Shown here piece after piece: positions 50,250 to 60,123 of a stretch of DNA of 64,000 bases (positions are counted from its first letter, which is position 1; each line of letters starts with the position of its first letter). Both the position numbers and the translations under genes were made by a program. The notes under the pieces are model-generated. The model was not told where the DNA came from and did no database searches. It saw only the letters and a list, made by a program, of their open reading frames with translations. Source of the DNA: Shigella phage ESh30; the sequence record ON528740, one strand, 5' to 3'.

Positions 50250-50700
50250 GTTAGAGATTAGAAGCAATTTTAGGTGGCCATCATGTGCATTAAGTAATTT
50301 CGCCCATTGGCCTTTCGTTATGGATGGCATTCAATTTGGAGGTCTTGAAGGATTCCTCCAAGGATGCAAAGTGAAAAATGTTGAACAACAACGTCGTATA
50401 TTTGGGTTATCCGGGCTTGCCGCCCAACAAGCTGGAAGGTCTTATGCAAGAGCTCAGGACCGTGGGACCCTCTTCTGGCTTGGAGTTCCATTTTCAAGAT
50501 ACTCCCCGGCGTGGAAAGAATTATACACAAATGCATATTTTGAAGCAGCGATCCAAAACAAGGGCTTCCGTGATGCATTACAAGCCTCGAAAGGAAAAGT
50601 TTTGAAGCACAGCATGGCTAGTGGTCTAACAAAAGATGATACAATACTAACCGAAGCTGAATTTATTGATGTGTTAAACCTATTAAGAGACTCTCTATGA
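50242..50700 (+). CDS. NADAR / YbiA-like (DUF1768-type) domain protein (~152 aa)
   Basis: Motif block SNFAHWPFVMDGIQFGGLEGFLQGCK resembles the conserved SNFAAWP...DG...E.FQ..K signature of E. coli YbiA-type NADAR domains; locally GC-rich, giving spurious overlapping ORFs 50318..50578(-) and 50378..50605(+). Confidence 0.55.
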   Translation: MSELEIRSNFRWPSCALSNFAHWPFVMDGIQFGGLEGFLQGCKVKNVEQQRRIFGLSGLAAQQAGRSYARAQDRGTLFWLGVPFSRYSPAWKELYTNAYFEAAIQNKGFRDALQASKGKVLKHSMASGLTKDDTILTEAEFIDVLNLLRDSL

Positions 50701-51527
50701 AGCCTACTATTTTAACTGATATTGATGGAGTATGTTTAAGCTGGCAATCAGGCCTTCCTTATTTTGCTCAGAAATATAATCTTCCGTTAGAACATATTTT
50801 AAAAATGATCCAGGATGAGAAATTTATTTCTCCTGGTAAACTATTTAATTGCGATGAAGAACTTGGCGTTAAGCTAATTGAAAAATACAATCGTTCGGAT
50901 TTTATTCGATACTTGTCTCCATATAAAGATGCCCTGTGTGTAATTAACAAATTAAAAGAAGATTATAATTTTGTAGCTGTTACAGCATTGGGTGATTCTA
51001 TTGACGCTCTGCTGAATCGTCAATTTAATTTGAATGCTCTTTTTCCTGGTGCCTTCTCAGAAGTACTGATGTGTGGTCATGATTCTTCAAAAGAAGAGTT
51101 GTTCAAAAAGGCAAAAGAAAAATATAACGTAATTTGTTATATTGACGATCTCGCTCACCACTGCGATCACGCAAGTGAAATATTAAATGTTCCGGTTTAT
51201 TGGATGGCTCGAGGAGAGCGTGACAATATTCCAAAAACTGCGCAGCGAGTTTATACATGGAATGATGTAGAAAATAAGCTTTTTTCGCCGAAGGAAAATA
51301 AAGAAAGTTTTGATAGTGAAAAAGCTATAAAAGATTTAATTGAGAAGATGGTTAAAAACGATTCTTTTCCTTGGAACACTACCTGGAGAACGCCTGGATT
51401 TAATCCTTATAATCATCCATATCAGACACATCCGTTTCAGACATGGAACTATATTAAACCTGGTGGCATAGAGTATTTGTATAATAGACCTACTTGTGGT
51501 GATAATATTTTCCAAGGAGCATTCTAA
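50697..51527 (+). CDS. HAD-superfamily hydrolase-like protein (276 aa)
   Basis: N-terminal motif ILTDIDGV (HAD motif I, DxDxV). Confidence 0.5.
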   Translation: MKPTILTDIDGVCLSWQSGLPYFAQKYNLPLEHILKMIQDEKFISPGKLFNCDEELGVKLIEKYNRSDFIRYLSPYKDALCVINKLKEDYNFVAVTALGDSIDALLNRQFNLNALFPGAFSEVLMCGHDSSKEELFKKAKEKYNVICYIDDLAHHCDHASEILNVPVYWMARGERDNIPKTAQRVYTWNDVENKLFSPKENKESFDSEKAIKDLIEKMVKNDSFPWNTTWRTPGFNPYNHPYQTHPFQTWNYIKPGGIEYLYNRPTCGDNIFQGAF

Positions 51528-51796
51528 TGTTTGTTGTTCACACTATTTATGAAAATGAAGGTAATACTACACGTGATTACGGTCACGTAAATCAATTTTT
51601 TAGATGTAATCCAGAATTCCGAGCTCAAAAAGACGAACGAATTTTTAAAAAATGTGTAGAGCAAGGTTTCATTTACGTTAAGCACTGGATGCAAGGAAAT
51701 AAAGTTAGAACTACATATCATAAGTCTTTGCCTGAGCTTAATGATGAATTGATTTATAATAGAGCTGTAAACCAAACCTTGAAGGATGAGCAATGA
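51527..51796 (+). CDS. hypothetical protein (89 aa)
   Basis: ORF track; ATG overlaps upstream stop. Confidence 0.45.
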   Translation: MFVVHTIYENEGNTTRDYGHVNQFFRCNPEFRAQKDERIFKKCVEQGFIYVKHWMQGNKVRTTYHKSLPELNDELIYNRAVNQTLKDEQ

Positions 51797-53256
51797 TTCT
51801 TAAAATTCTGAATGAAATAGCATCTATTGGATCAACTAAGCAGAAGCAAGCAATTCTTGAAAAGAATAAAGATAATGAATTGCTTAAACGAGTATATCGT
51901 CTGACTTATTCTCGTGGGTTACAGTATTATATCAAGAAATGGCCTAAACCTGGTATTGCTACCCAGAGTTTTGGAATGCTGACTATTACCGATATGCTTG
52001 ACTTCATTGAATTCACGTTAGCTACTCGGAAATTGACTGGAAATGCTGCAATTGAGGAATTAACTGGATATATCACTGATGGTAAAAAGGATGATGTTGA
52101 AGTTTTGCGTCGGGTGATGATGCGAGACCTTGAATGCGGTGCTTCAGTATCTATTGCAAACAAAGTTTGGCCAGGTTTAATTCCTGAACAACCTCAAATG
52201 CTTGCAAGTTCTTATGATGAAAAAGGCATTAATAAGAATATCAAATTTCCAGCCTTTGCCCAGTTAAAAGCTGATGGAGCTCGGTGTTTTGCCGAAGTCA
52301 GAGGTGATGAATTAGATGATGTTCGTCTTTTATCACGAGCCGGTAATGAATATCTAGGATTAGATCTTCTTAAGGAAGAATTAATCAAAATGACCGCTGA
52401 AGCCCGCCAGATTCATCCAGAAGGCGTGTTAATTGATGGCGAATTGGTATACCATGAGCAAGTTAAAAAGGAGCCAGAAGGCCTAGATTTTCTTTTTGAT
52501 GCTTATCCTGAAATTAGTAAAGCCAAAGAATTCGCCGAAGTAGCTGAATCACGTACTACTTCTAATGGAATCGCTAATAAATCTTTAAAGGGAACCATTT
52601 CTGAAAAAGAAGCTCAATGCATGAAGTTTCAGGTCTGGGATTATGTTCCATTGGTAGAAATATACGGTCTTCCTGCATTTCGTTTGAAATATGATGTACG
52701 TTTTTCTAAACTAGAACAAATGACATCAGGCTATGATAAAGTAATTTTAATTGAAAACCAGGTAGTAAATAACCTAGATGAAGCTAAGGTAATTTATAAA
52801 AAGTATATTGACCAAGGTCTTGAAGGTATTATTCTCAAAAATATCGATGGATTATGGGAAAATGCTCGTTCAAAAAATCTCTATAAATTTAAAGAAGTAA
52901 TTGATGTTGATTTAAAAATTGTAGGAATTTATCCTCACCGTAAAGACCCTACTAAAGCGGGTGGATTTATTCTTGAATCAGAGTGTGGAAAAATTAAAGT
53001 AAATGCTGGTTCAGGCTTAAAAGATAAAGCCGGTGTAAAATCGCATGAACTTGACCGTACTCGCATTATGGAAAACCAAAATTATTATATTGGAAAAATT
53101 CTAGAGTGCGAATGTAATGGTTGGTTAAAATCTGATGGCCGCACTGATTACGTTAAATTATTTCTTCCGATTGCGATTCGTTTGCGTGAAGATAAAACTA
53201 AAGCTAATACATTCGAGGATGTATTTGGTGATTTTCATGAGGTAACTGGTCTATGA
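51793..53256 (+). CDS. 30: ATP-dependent DNA ligase (487 aa)
   Basis: MILKILNEIASIGSTKQKQAILEKNKDNELLKRVYRLTYSRGLQYYIKKW... with adenylation lysine motif KADGAR; recognised as T4 DNA ligase. Confidence 0.95.
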   Translation: MILKILNEIASIGSTKQKQAILEKNKDNELLKRVYRLTYSRGLQYYIKKWPKPGIATQSFGMLTITDMLDFIEFTLATRKLTGNAAIEELTGYITDGKKDDVEVLRRVMMRDLECGASVSIANKVWPGLIPEQPQMLASSYDEKGINKNIKFPAFAQLKADGARCFAEVRGDELDDVRLLSRAGNEYLGLDLLKEELIKMTAEARQIHPEGVLIDGELVYHEQVKKEPEGLDFLFDAYPEISKAKEFAEVAESRTTSNGIANKSLKGTISEKEAQCMKFQVWDYVPLVEIYGLPAFRLKYDVRFSKLEQMTSGYDKVILIENQVVNNLDEAKVIYKKYIDQGLEGIILKNIDGLWENARSKNLYKFKEVIDVDLKIVGIYPHRKDPTKAGGFILESECGKIKVNAGSGLKDKAGVKSHELDRTRIMENQNYYIGKILECECNGWLKSDGRTDYVKLFLPIAIRLREDKTKANTFEDVFGDFHEVTGL

Positions 53257-53441
53257 AAGCTTACTTAGAAACAATTGTCGTGGCTCAAAAAGAAGGTGGA
53301 GATGTTTCTACTTCTGTATCACAAGTCATTCTCGAATTTGTAGATGCATACGCTTATAATAAATTTACAGAAACATTTGATGCCTATGAAAAAGGACCAA
53401 AGTTTGAAATATATCGTACTCTCTTACCACTAGATTACTAA
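53253..53441 (+). CDS. hypothetical protein (62 aa)
   Basis: ORF track; ATGA-coupled to ligase. Confidence 0.45.
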   Translation: MKAYLETIVVAQKEGGDVSTSVSQVILEFVDAYAYNKFTETFDAYEKGPKFEIYRTLLPLDY

Positions 53442-53456
53442 AGGCCTTCGGGCCTT
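53441..53456 (+). terminator. stem-loop aaggcc-UUCG-ggcctt
   Basis: Same hairpin sequence as at 5044..5062. Confidence 0.5.
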
Positions 53457-53462
53457 TAATTT

Positions 53463-53470
53463 TATAAATA
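53463..53470 (+). promoter_or_regulatory. T4 late promoter TATAAATA upstream of alt
   Basis: Exact TATAAATA about 23 nt upstream of alt start; alt encodes a virion-packaged protein in T4. Confidence 0.6.
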
Positions 53471-53493
53471 GAATAAACACTAGAGAGGCTATG

Positions 53494-55542
53494 ATGGAAC
53501 TTATTACAGAATTATTTGACGAAGATACTACTCTTCCGATTACAAACTTAAATCCAAAGAAGAAAATACCGCAAATTTTTTCAGTTCATGTTGATGATGC
53601 AATTGAACAACCAGGCTTTCGTTTATGTACCTATACATCTGGAGGTGATACTAATCGCGATTTAAAAATGGGCGATAAAATGATGCATATTGTTCCTTTT
53701 ACATTAACTGCTAAAGGTTCAATTGCTAAATTAAAAGGTCTTGGTCCAAGCCCAATTAATTATATCAATTCAGTTTTTACTGTTGCAATGCAAACAATGC
53801 GTCAGTATAAAATTGATGCTTGTATGCTTCGTATTCTTAAGTCTAAAACCGCTGGTCAAGCTCGACAAATTCAAGTTATTGCTGATAGACTTATCCGTAG
53901 TCGTTCAGGTGGCAGATACGTCCTTCTTAAGGAACTCTGGGATTACGATAAAAAGTATGCATATATTCTTATACATCGCAAAAATGTATCACTAGAAGAC
54001 ATTCCAGGGGTTCCGGAAATTAGTACCGAGCTCTTTACTAAAGTTGAATCGAAGGTCGGTGATGTTTATATCAATAAAGATACTGGAGCTCAAGTAACTA
54101 AAAATGAGGCAATTGCAGCATCTATTGCACAAGAAAATGATAAACGTTCTGATCAAGCTGTAATCGTTAAAGTTAAAATTTCCCGTAGAGCAATTGCACA
54201 AAGTCAGTCGTTGGAATCTTCTAGATTTGAAACACCGATGTTTCAAAAATTTGAGGCTTCAGCGGCAGAATTAAATAAACCAGCGGACGCTCCTTTAATT
54301 TCTGATTCTAATGAATTAACGGTAATTTCTACTTCAGGATTTGCACTAGAGAATGCTCTTAGCAGTGTTACAGCTGGGATGGCATTCAGAGAAGCTTCTA
54401 TAATTCCTGAAGATAAAGAATCCATTATTAATGCAGAAATAAAAAATAAAGCTTTAGAAAAATTACGAAAAGAATCTATTACTTCAATAAAAACTTTAGA
54501 AACTATTGCTTCTATCGTCGATGATACTTTAGAAAAATATAAAGGTGCTTGGTTTGAAAGAAATATTAACAGACATTCGCATTTAAACCAAGATGCTGCA
54601 AATGAGTTAGTACAAAATTCTTGGAATGCAATAAAAACAAAGATTATTCGAAGAGAATTACGTGGATATGCTCTTACCGCTGGATGGTCATTACATCCTA
54701 TAGTCGAAAATAAAGATTCATCTAAATACACACCAGCACAAAAACGCGGAATTCGTGAATACGTAGGTTCAGGATATGTAGACATAAATAATGCTCTTTT
54801 GGGATTATATAATCCAGATGAGCGTACAAGTATTTTAACAGCACCTGAAATAGAACAAGCCATTGATAATTTAGATTCAGCCTTTAAAAATGGTGAACGA
54901 TTACCAAAAGGTATTACTTTGTATCGTTCACAACGAATGTTACCTTCAATATACGAAGCAATGGTAAAAAATCGAGTTTTTTATTTTAGAAACTTTGTGT
55001 CAACATCATTATATCCAAATATTTTTGGTACTTGGATGACTGATTCATCTGTGGGTGTTTTACCAGATGAAAAGCGTCTAAACATTTCTATCGATAAAAA
55101 TGATGAAGGGCTTGTTAATTCTAGCGATAATTTAGTCGGAATTGGATGGGTTATTACTGGGGCTGATAAAGTCAACGTTGTTTTACCCGGTGGAAGTTTA
55201 GCGCCTTCAAATGAAATGGAAGTCATTTTGCCACGTGGATTAATGGTCAAAGTTAATAAAATAACTGATGCATCTTACAATGATGGAACAGTCAAAACTA
55301 ACAACAAGCTTATTCAAGCTGAAGTTATGACCACCGAAGAACTCACCGAATCAGTAATTTATGACGGTGACCGTTTAATGGAAACCGGCGAAGTAGTTAC
55401 AATGACAGGTGATATAGAAGATAGAGTTGACTTTGCATCATTTGTTTCATCAAATGTTAAACAGAAAGTAGAATCATCTCTTGGAATTATTGCGTCTTGC
55501 ATAGATATTGCAAACATGCCTTACAAGTTCGTTCAAGGATAA
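53494..55542 (+). CDS. alt: ADP-ribosyltransferase Alt (682 aa), modifies host RNA polymerase
   Basis: MELITELFDEDTTLPITNLNPKKKIPQIFSVHVDDAIEQPGFRLCTYTSGGDTNRDLKMGDKMMHIVPF...; length and position between 30 and 54 as in T4. Confidence 0.88.
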   Translation: MELITELFDEDTTLPITNLNPKKKIPQIFSVHVDDAIEQPGFRLCTYTSGGDTNRDLKMGDKMMHIVPFTLTAKGSIAKLKGLGPSPINYINSVFTVAMQTMRQYKIDACMLRILKSKTAGQARQIQVIADRLIRSRSGGRYVLLKELWDYDKKYAYILIHRKNVSLEDIPGVPEISTELFTKVESKVGDVYINKDTGAQVTKNEAIAASIAQENDKRSDQAVIVKVKISRRAIAQSQSLESSRFETPMFQKFEASAAELNKPADAPLISDSNELTVISTSGFALENALSSVTAGMAFREASIIPEDKESIINAEIKNKALEKLRKESITSIKTLETIASIVDDTLEKYKGAWFERNINRHSHLNQDAANELVQNSWNAIKTKIIRRELRGYALTAGWSLHPIVENKDSSKYTPAQKRGIREYVGSGYVDINNALLGLYNPDERTSILTAPEIEQAIDNLDSAFKNGERLPKGITLYRSQRMLPSIYEAMVKNRVFYFRNFVSTSLYPNIFGTWMTDSSVGVLPDEKRLNISIDKNDEGLVNSSDNLVGIGWVITGADKVNVVLPGGSLAPSNEMEVILPRGLMVKVNKITDASYNDGTVKTNNKLIQAEVMTTEELTESVIYDGDRLMETGEVVTMTGDIEDRVDFASFVSSNVKQKVESSLGIIASCIDIANMPYKFVQG

Positions 55543-55545
55543 ATC

Positions 55546-55931
55546 ATGGAACTTATTACATAATTATTTGACGGCGCTTCGGCGCCGGTTATTAACTTAA
55601 ATCCTAAGCATAAAATACCACAAATTTTTGCTATTCAAGCCGGCGAAGAAAGCGTGCTTCCTGGATTTAGATTTTGTACATACACCTCTGGCGGTGATAC
55701 AAATAAAACGTTAAACCAGGCGATAAAATGATGCATATCGTAATGATAGGTGTTAATGAGAAACTATCATTAGTTAAGCTTAAAAACTTGAGTGGAAATC
55801 CAATTGGTGTCATTAATGCTGTTTTTGATACTGCTCTTCAAACAATGAAACAGTATAAAATCGACGCATGCCTATTACGCGTACTAAAAAGTTCAAAATG
55901 TAGTTTACAAGTCCCTCGTGTTGTGTTATAG
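55546..55931 (+). pseudogene. disrupted partial paralog of the alt 5' region (nonsense codon at codon 6 and a 1-nt deletion); distal part is a 67-aa ORF
   Basis: atggaacttattacaTAA... aligns to alt atggaacttattacaGAA...; downstream frame MMHIVMIGVNEKLSLVKLKNLSGNPIGVINAVFDTALQTMKQYKIDACLLRVLKS parallels Alt residues 64-120. Confidence 0.6.
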
Positions 55932-55956
55932 TAGTCTTACTGACATAACATGAGGA
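55903..55956 (+). promoter_or_regulatory. early promoter / 5' UTR module, copy B of the 54-bp repeat (copy A at 41682..41735)
   Basis: gtttacaagtccctcgtgttgtgttatagtagtcttactgacataacatgagga. Confidence 0.6.
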
Positions 55957-55963
55957 ACACAAA

Positions 55964-56254
55964 ATGAAATCTTCTTTACGCTTTTTAGGTCAAGAACTTG
56001 TAGTTGAAGGCGTTATTCCTGCTGATAATGCTTTTAATGAAGCAGTTTATGATGAATTTATCAAAATTTTCGGAACAGATAAAAAGTTTGGAATTTTTCC
56101 TTCTGAAAATTTTTCAAAGCCAGAACAGACTGAAAGTATTTTTCAGGGTGTAGTAACAGGTAAATTTGAGTCAGAAGCTCCGGTAAAAATTGAAGTTTAT
56201 ATTGAAGACAGTTTAGTTGCTTCAGTTGCTGCTTTTATTTCATTCCGTAAATAA
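55964..56254 (+). CDS. hypothetical protein (96 aa)
   Basis: ORF track; RBS gagga. Confidence 0.5.
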   Translation: MKSSLRFLGQELVVEGVIPADNAFNEAVYDEFIKIFGTDKKFGIFPSENFSKPEQTESIFQGVVTGKFESEAPVKIEVYIEDSLVASVAAFISFRK

Positions 56255-56259
56255 AAATA

Positions 56260-56279
56260 TGGGGACCGAAAGGTCCCCA
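56260..56279. terminator. bidirectional terminator hairpin (tggggacc-gaaa-ggtcccca) between convergent genes
   Basis: Perfect 8-bp GC stem with GAAA loop between + strand ORF and - strand gene 54. Confidence 0.65.
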
Positions 56280-56282
56280 TTG

Positions 56283-57248
56283 TTATATTGCTCCTAATAT
56301 TTTACTTTGCGAATTGACAATTCCTGTCATAGTATTAATGTTTGAAATGCTTCCTGCAGTTCCACCTAATCTACTGAGTCGTGAAAGCGAATTAGATAGT
56401 CCAGTAACACCTCCACTATTTCCGAGAACGCTTTGAATACCGTTTATGGCAGCAGATTCAAGCCATTCAAGCGCAGCTTGCCTATCAACTGCTCCAGCCT
56501 GCATCACTCTATACGCAAAAGTAACATCAAATGTAGTTATTTGGTTATCTCCATCATATGATAACTCAGGAGCGCTCACTGATATTGGAATGCATCCGGT
56601 GAACATCACTGCAGTATGAGGTAATCCATTACGAGCATGAAGATTAACCTGAATATCTGCCTCGACATCTTGCGGCAAAGCACGTAGTCCAGTTACTGGG
56701 TCTTGAACAGAGTTAACCCAGTCTTGCATTGCACGATAGTTACAAGCTTCTGAATCCATTCTAAATGAAATAACCAAAGGGTCTAATTCTCTTCCAGTTA
56801 TACGAATATTAGGAGAATTATAGTTCCAGTCAGTTTCATAGGATAATCTATTCTCTGGCATTTTTACAGAATATATCATCAATCCAGATGAGTTATATGC
56901 CATGTTAAAGAAGTCAATTAAATATGTACCAACTGTAAATGAGCCTAATAAACTTTGAACTGTACGTTGACTCATGGCACCAATAAGATATTTACTAACC
57001 CCTGATTTTCTTATCAGTTTTTGTGTGCCAGCGGTAATTAGCGTGGTAATTCCCTGATTAATATCACCTTGAGTTAATCCCAACCAATCTGAATTTAGAC
57101 CCAAGTTATTATAAGCAAAGTTACTAATTGAGCTTATTAACGATGAGCTTTTAGTTGATGGAGTTGTAGCAAAAACACAGCTGAACATATTATTACGTTG
57201 GAAGTCTGCGTTTATTGCTTGATTATTAAATTCCTCTAAAGAATACAT
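56283..57248 (-). CDS. 54: baseplate-tail tube initiator gp54 (321 aa)
   Basis: Length and position (alt side of the 48-29-28-27-51 cluster) as in T4. Confidence 0.82.
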   Translation of the reverse strand: MYSLEEFNNQAINADFQRNNMFSCVFATTPSTKSSSLISSISNFAYNNLGLNSDWLGLTQGDINQGITTLITAGTQKLIRKSGVSKYLIGAMSQRTVQSLLGSFTVGTYLIDFFNMAYNSSGLMIYSVKMPENRLSYETDWNYNSPNIRITGRELDPLVISFRMDSEACNYRAMQDWVNSVQDPVTGLRALPQDVEADIQVNLHARNGLPHTAVMFTGCIPISVSAPELSYDGDNQITTFDVTFAYRVMQAGAVDRQAALEWLESAAINGIQSVLGNSGGVTGLSNSLSRLSRLGGTAGSISNINTMTGIVNSQSKILGAI

Positions 57249-58342
57249 TAGAAAGTCCCCGTATATAAAGAAGCACGGTTTAACGTAATAATCTCTCTCA
57301 TAGTAATCTCGAGTGTAAAAGAACTTGGAAGGTTAGGAGCAATAGCTAATCCATTAAAGTTACCATTTGGTGTTTTGTCAAATCTGATACTCTGGATTTG
57401 ACATGGACCGAATATTTCCGTTTTTCCATCAAACTTAGATGTTGCACCAAAGTTTTTCACCATCCAAATTGTCGGGTTTGAAACTACAAGAACGTTCGTT
57501 AAACTCGATGTCATTTTTTCAAATAACGTCTTGTTTTTAATCGCGTCTTCTGGCGTTAATGGTTCAATAAATGTAGAACGATACCACTCATCTAAATATC
57601 CTTTTATTTCAGCAGCATATTGAGATTTACCAGTTTCACCGTAAGAAAAATAGTTAAAATACTGATAGATATTAATAATAGCCATTAAATCTTCTGTTGA
57701 GCGCGGAGTCAAATCCCAAGTGAACACTTTAGTTCTATTCTCAGCACCACCATACATACTTCTGGCTGTCGTATAAATCTGTTCATTATTATCAGCCATT
57801 ATACCTTGTGTTATACTTTCCAGTGCTCCAAATACTGCAGTTGAAGCCATATTGCTTAACACGCCAGTAGCAGTACCTCCACCTTTTGTAATAAGACTAT
57901 CTTGAACATCGTTAAATCTATGTGATGATGTATCAACATCAGATTTAGATCTCGGTAAAAGAATATTTGCAACAGGAACTTTACTTATTGTTCCTGAATT
58001 ATTATCTGATATTAATCCATTTGACAGTTTTGATACTGTATTACTGATAGTGTTTCTGGCTGTACGTAAAATACTAGAAGATGAAGAAGAGTAGTTAGAT
58101 CTCATCGTTCTGAGACTTCCAGAATCCCTAGATGACATATTGTATGCAGTAAATAATAATCCATTCTTATATAGATCTGTTACCTGGAAGTCCCCTGTAG
58201 TGTCATTCCCACTAGCACGCCCAGTTGGAAACTGGGCTGTGTATGTTTTAGTTCCTACTTCTGATTTAGTACTCTGCCCGGCTGAAATTTTCTCACCGGA
58301 CTTTTTAATTAAATCAGCAGTTATTTCTTTAACAATTGCCAT
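57248..58342 (-). CDS. 48: baseplate tail-tube junction protein gp48 (364 aa)
   Basis: 364 aa, same length as T4 gp48. Confidence 0.82.
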   Translation of the reverse strand: MAIVKEITADLIKKSGEKISAGQSTKSEVGTKTYTAQFPTGRASGNDTTGDFQVTDLYKNGLLFTAYNMSSRDSGSLRTMRSNYSSSSSSILRTARNTISNTVSKLSNGLISDNNSGTISKVPVANILLPRSKSDVDTSSHRFNDVQDSLITKGGGTATGVLSNMASTAVFGALESITQGIMADNNEQIYTTARSMYGGAENRTKVFTWDLTPRSTEDLMAIINIYQYFNYFSYGETGKSQYAAEIKGYLDEWYRSTFIEPLTPEDAIKNKTLFEKMTSSLTNVLVVSNPTIWMVKNFGATSKFDGKTEIFGPCQIQSIRFDKTPNGNFNGLAIAPNLPSSFTLEITMREIITLNRASLYTGTF

Positions 58343-58350
58343 ATTATTCC

Positions 58351-60123
58351 TTAATTAACTCCAGTCGCGCCAAATACACCAGGAGCAGTTGTGCTCGTTA
58401 CGGGTGTCATATTATGAACGACAGTATTTTTCTTAATAACATTATTAGTATTATTGATTGAAGGAGATGCTTGTTGAACAGGAGCTTGTTGTGCTTTGTT
58501 CTTTTCTATTACCTGGACTTGTTTTGCTTCTGGCGATTTAGCAGAAGTTTCAGGTTTGGCCTCAGGTTGATTTTTCTTAAGCTCTTGATAAGTAGCATCA
58601 ATTTTAGCAAATCTAGAAGCAAGCTCCTTTTTAACTGCAGGTGAATTATTTAAATCCGGGTCATTCATCCGTTTTTTAAGGTCTTCATGAGCGGCTTCAA
58701 TTGATTTAACTGTTGAGTCTTTACTCATATCAGCTGAATCAGCATATTTTTCAAAACGAATCATCGCGGCACGGGCTTCATTAGCCTTCATTAAAGCGTT
58801 TTTTCTTTCTTCTGGTGAAAGTTGCTTTAATTTTTCTTCTTCTGCTGCGCGTTCTTCATCAGTTGTCAATGCTTCTTTATTATCAACACCACGAATCCAG
58901 TTAGATGCACGGGTTTTCCAATTAGCAATTTTATCTAATCCTTTTGCTATTGGACCAAGATCGTCATTCATTCGTTTATCTTGATAATTTGCTACTTTTT
59001 CTTGGTCTTCTTTATTGAGAGATGCTCCAGTAGAATTTTGGAAATTTTCTAATGCTCTTCCTTCTACTTCATCAGCAGTATCTTTCATACCAGGAATAAC
59101 TCGAAGAATTGCTGCTGATAATTTAGCCATTCCAAGTTGAATAAGTTCTCCTAAATTATAAAGAACACTTCCAAGTCCTTCCACAATAGCTACTGTCAAT
59201 CCACCCCAGTCTCCAGCTTCCCAGAACTTTTTAATTTCATCAATAGATTCAAAGATGCTCTGTAATAAAGGACCCCAAGTTCCGGTTTCGCTTGAAAAAG
59301 TTTTAAAATCAGTGCTAAACAAATCCCAGGCTTTTGAAAATTTATCTGACCAATATTTAAAATGAACCATCAGTAGGTCTATTCCAATAACAACAGCCAT
59401 TATTAATGCAACCATTTTAGCAGCTTCAATAGCAGCACTGACAGTATACTTAAATAGCATGCTTGATATTTTATCAGTAATTGAAATGGATTTTTTAAAT
59501 CCAAAATCAACAGTCTTTGTTAATTTATCTAAAGCTTGAGATAATTTTAAATTAAATGCTTCTTTTTTCTGTTTTTCTTCCGGTGACTCTCGCTTAGGTT
59601 CAACTGGTTGAGGGGCAGGGAAAAAATCAGCGTCAGGATCATTATTAACTGCTTCAGGAGCTGGTAATAATGGACCAACAAATTCAGCTGTATCATCCTC
59701 AACAACTTTAACGGGAATAGCACTTTCGACTACAGCTAAGCTGGTTCCTGTCTGTTGAATTCCAGCTGTTTGAATTTTTTGTTCTAGTAAACTCGTTAAT
59801 TTATCTAATTTACTTCCGAGTGATTCACCGATTTCTTTATTAATATTGTTGCCAATTTCTACAGTTTCAGCAATTAACTCAGAACCAGCAGTAGTATCAC
59901 TCACTGCGCTTTCTACATTGTCAATTGCTCCAATTATTTCATTCGATTTTTCTTCAACGGTTTGAGCTATTAATTCAGAAGCAGCTTGAGCATCATCCAA
60001 TTTTGTAGAAATGTCATTAAGCCCAGATAAAGTGTTAGAAGCGGATTTAGCCGCTTCCTGTGTTGGTTTATTATCTGAAATAACTTTTCTACGCATCGTT
60101 TGCATTTCTTGTGGCTTTTTCAT
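58351..60123 (-). CDS. 29: tail tape-measure / baseplate hub protein gp29 (590 aa)
   Basis: 590 aa, same length as T4 gp29; Ala/Glu-rich coiled-coil-like composition. Confidence 0.85.
   Translation of the reverse strand: MKKPQEMQTMRRKVISDNKPTQEAAKSASNTLSGLNDISTKLDDAQAASELIAQTVEEKSNEIIGAIDNVESAVSDTTAGSELIAETVEIGNNINKEIGESLGSKLDKLTSLLEQKIQTAGIQQTGTSLAVVESAIPVKVVEDDTAEFVGPLLPAPEAVNNDPDADFFPAPQPVEPKRESPEEKQKKEAFNLKLSQALDKLTKTVDFGFKKSISITDKISSMLFKYTVSAAIEAAKMVALIMAVVIGIDLLMVHFKYWSDKFSKAWDLFSTDFKTFSSETGTWGPLLQSIFESIDEIKKFWEAGDWGGLTVAIVEGLGSVLYNLGELIQLGMAKLSAAILRVIPGMKDTADEVEGRALENFQNSTGASLNKEDQEKVANYQDKRMNDDLGPIAKGLDKIANWKTRASNWIRGVDNKEALTTDEERAAEEEKLKQLSPEERKNALMKANEARAAMIRFEKYADSADMSKDSTVKSIEAAHEDLKKRMNDPDLNNSPAVKKELASRFAKIDATYQELKKNQPEAKPETSAKSPEAKQVQVIEKNKAQQAPVQQASPSINNTNNVIKKNTVVHNMTPVTSTTAPGVFGATGVN

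Noticed and set aside
55546-55600. Programmed translational bypass or readthrough at the TAA in the alt paralog (by analogy with T4 gene 60)
   Set aside because: No matched take-off/landing codon pair flanking a ~50-nt gap, and an independent 1-nt deletion further downstream also breaks the frame; pseudogene decay is the simpler explanation.
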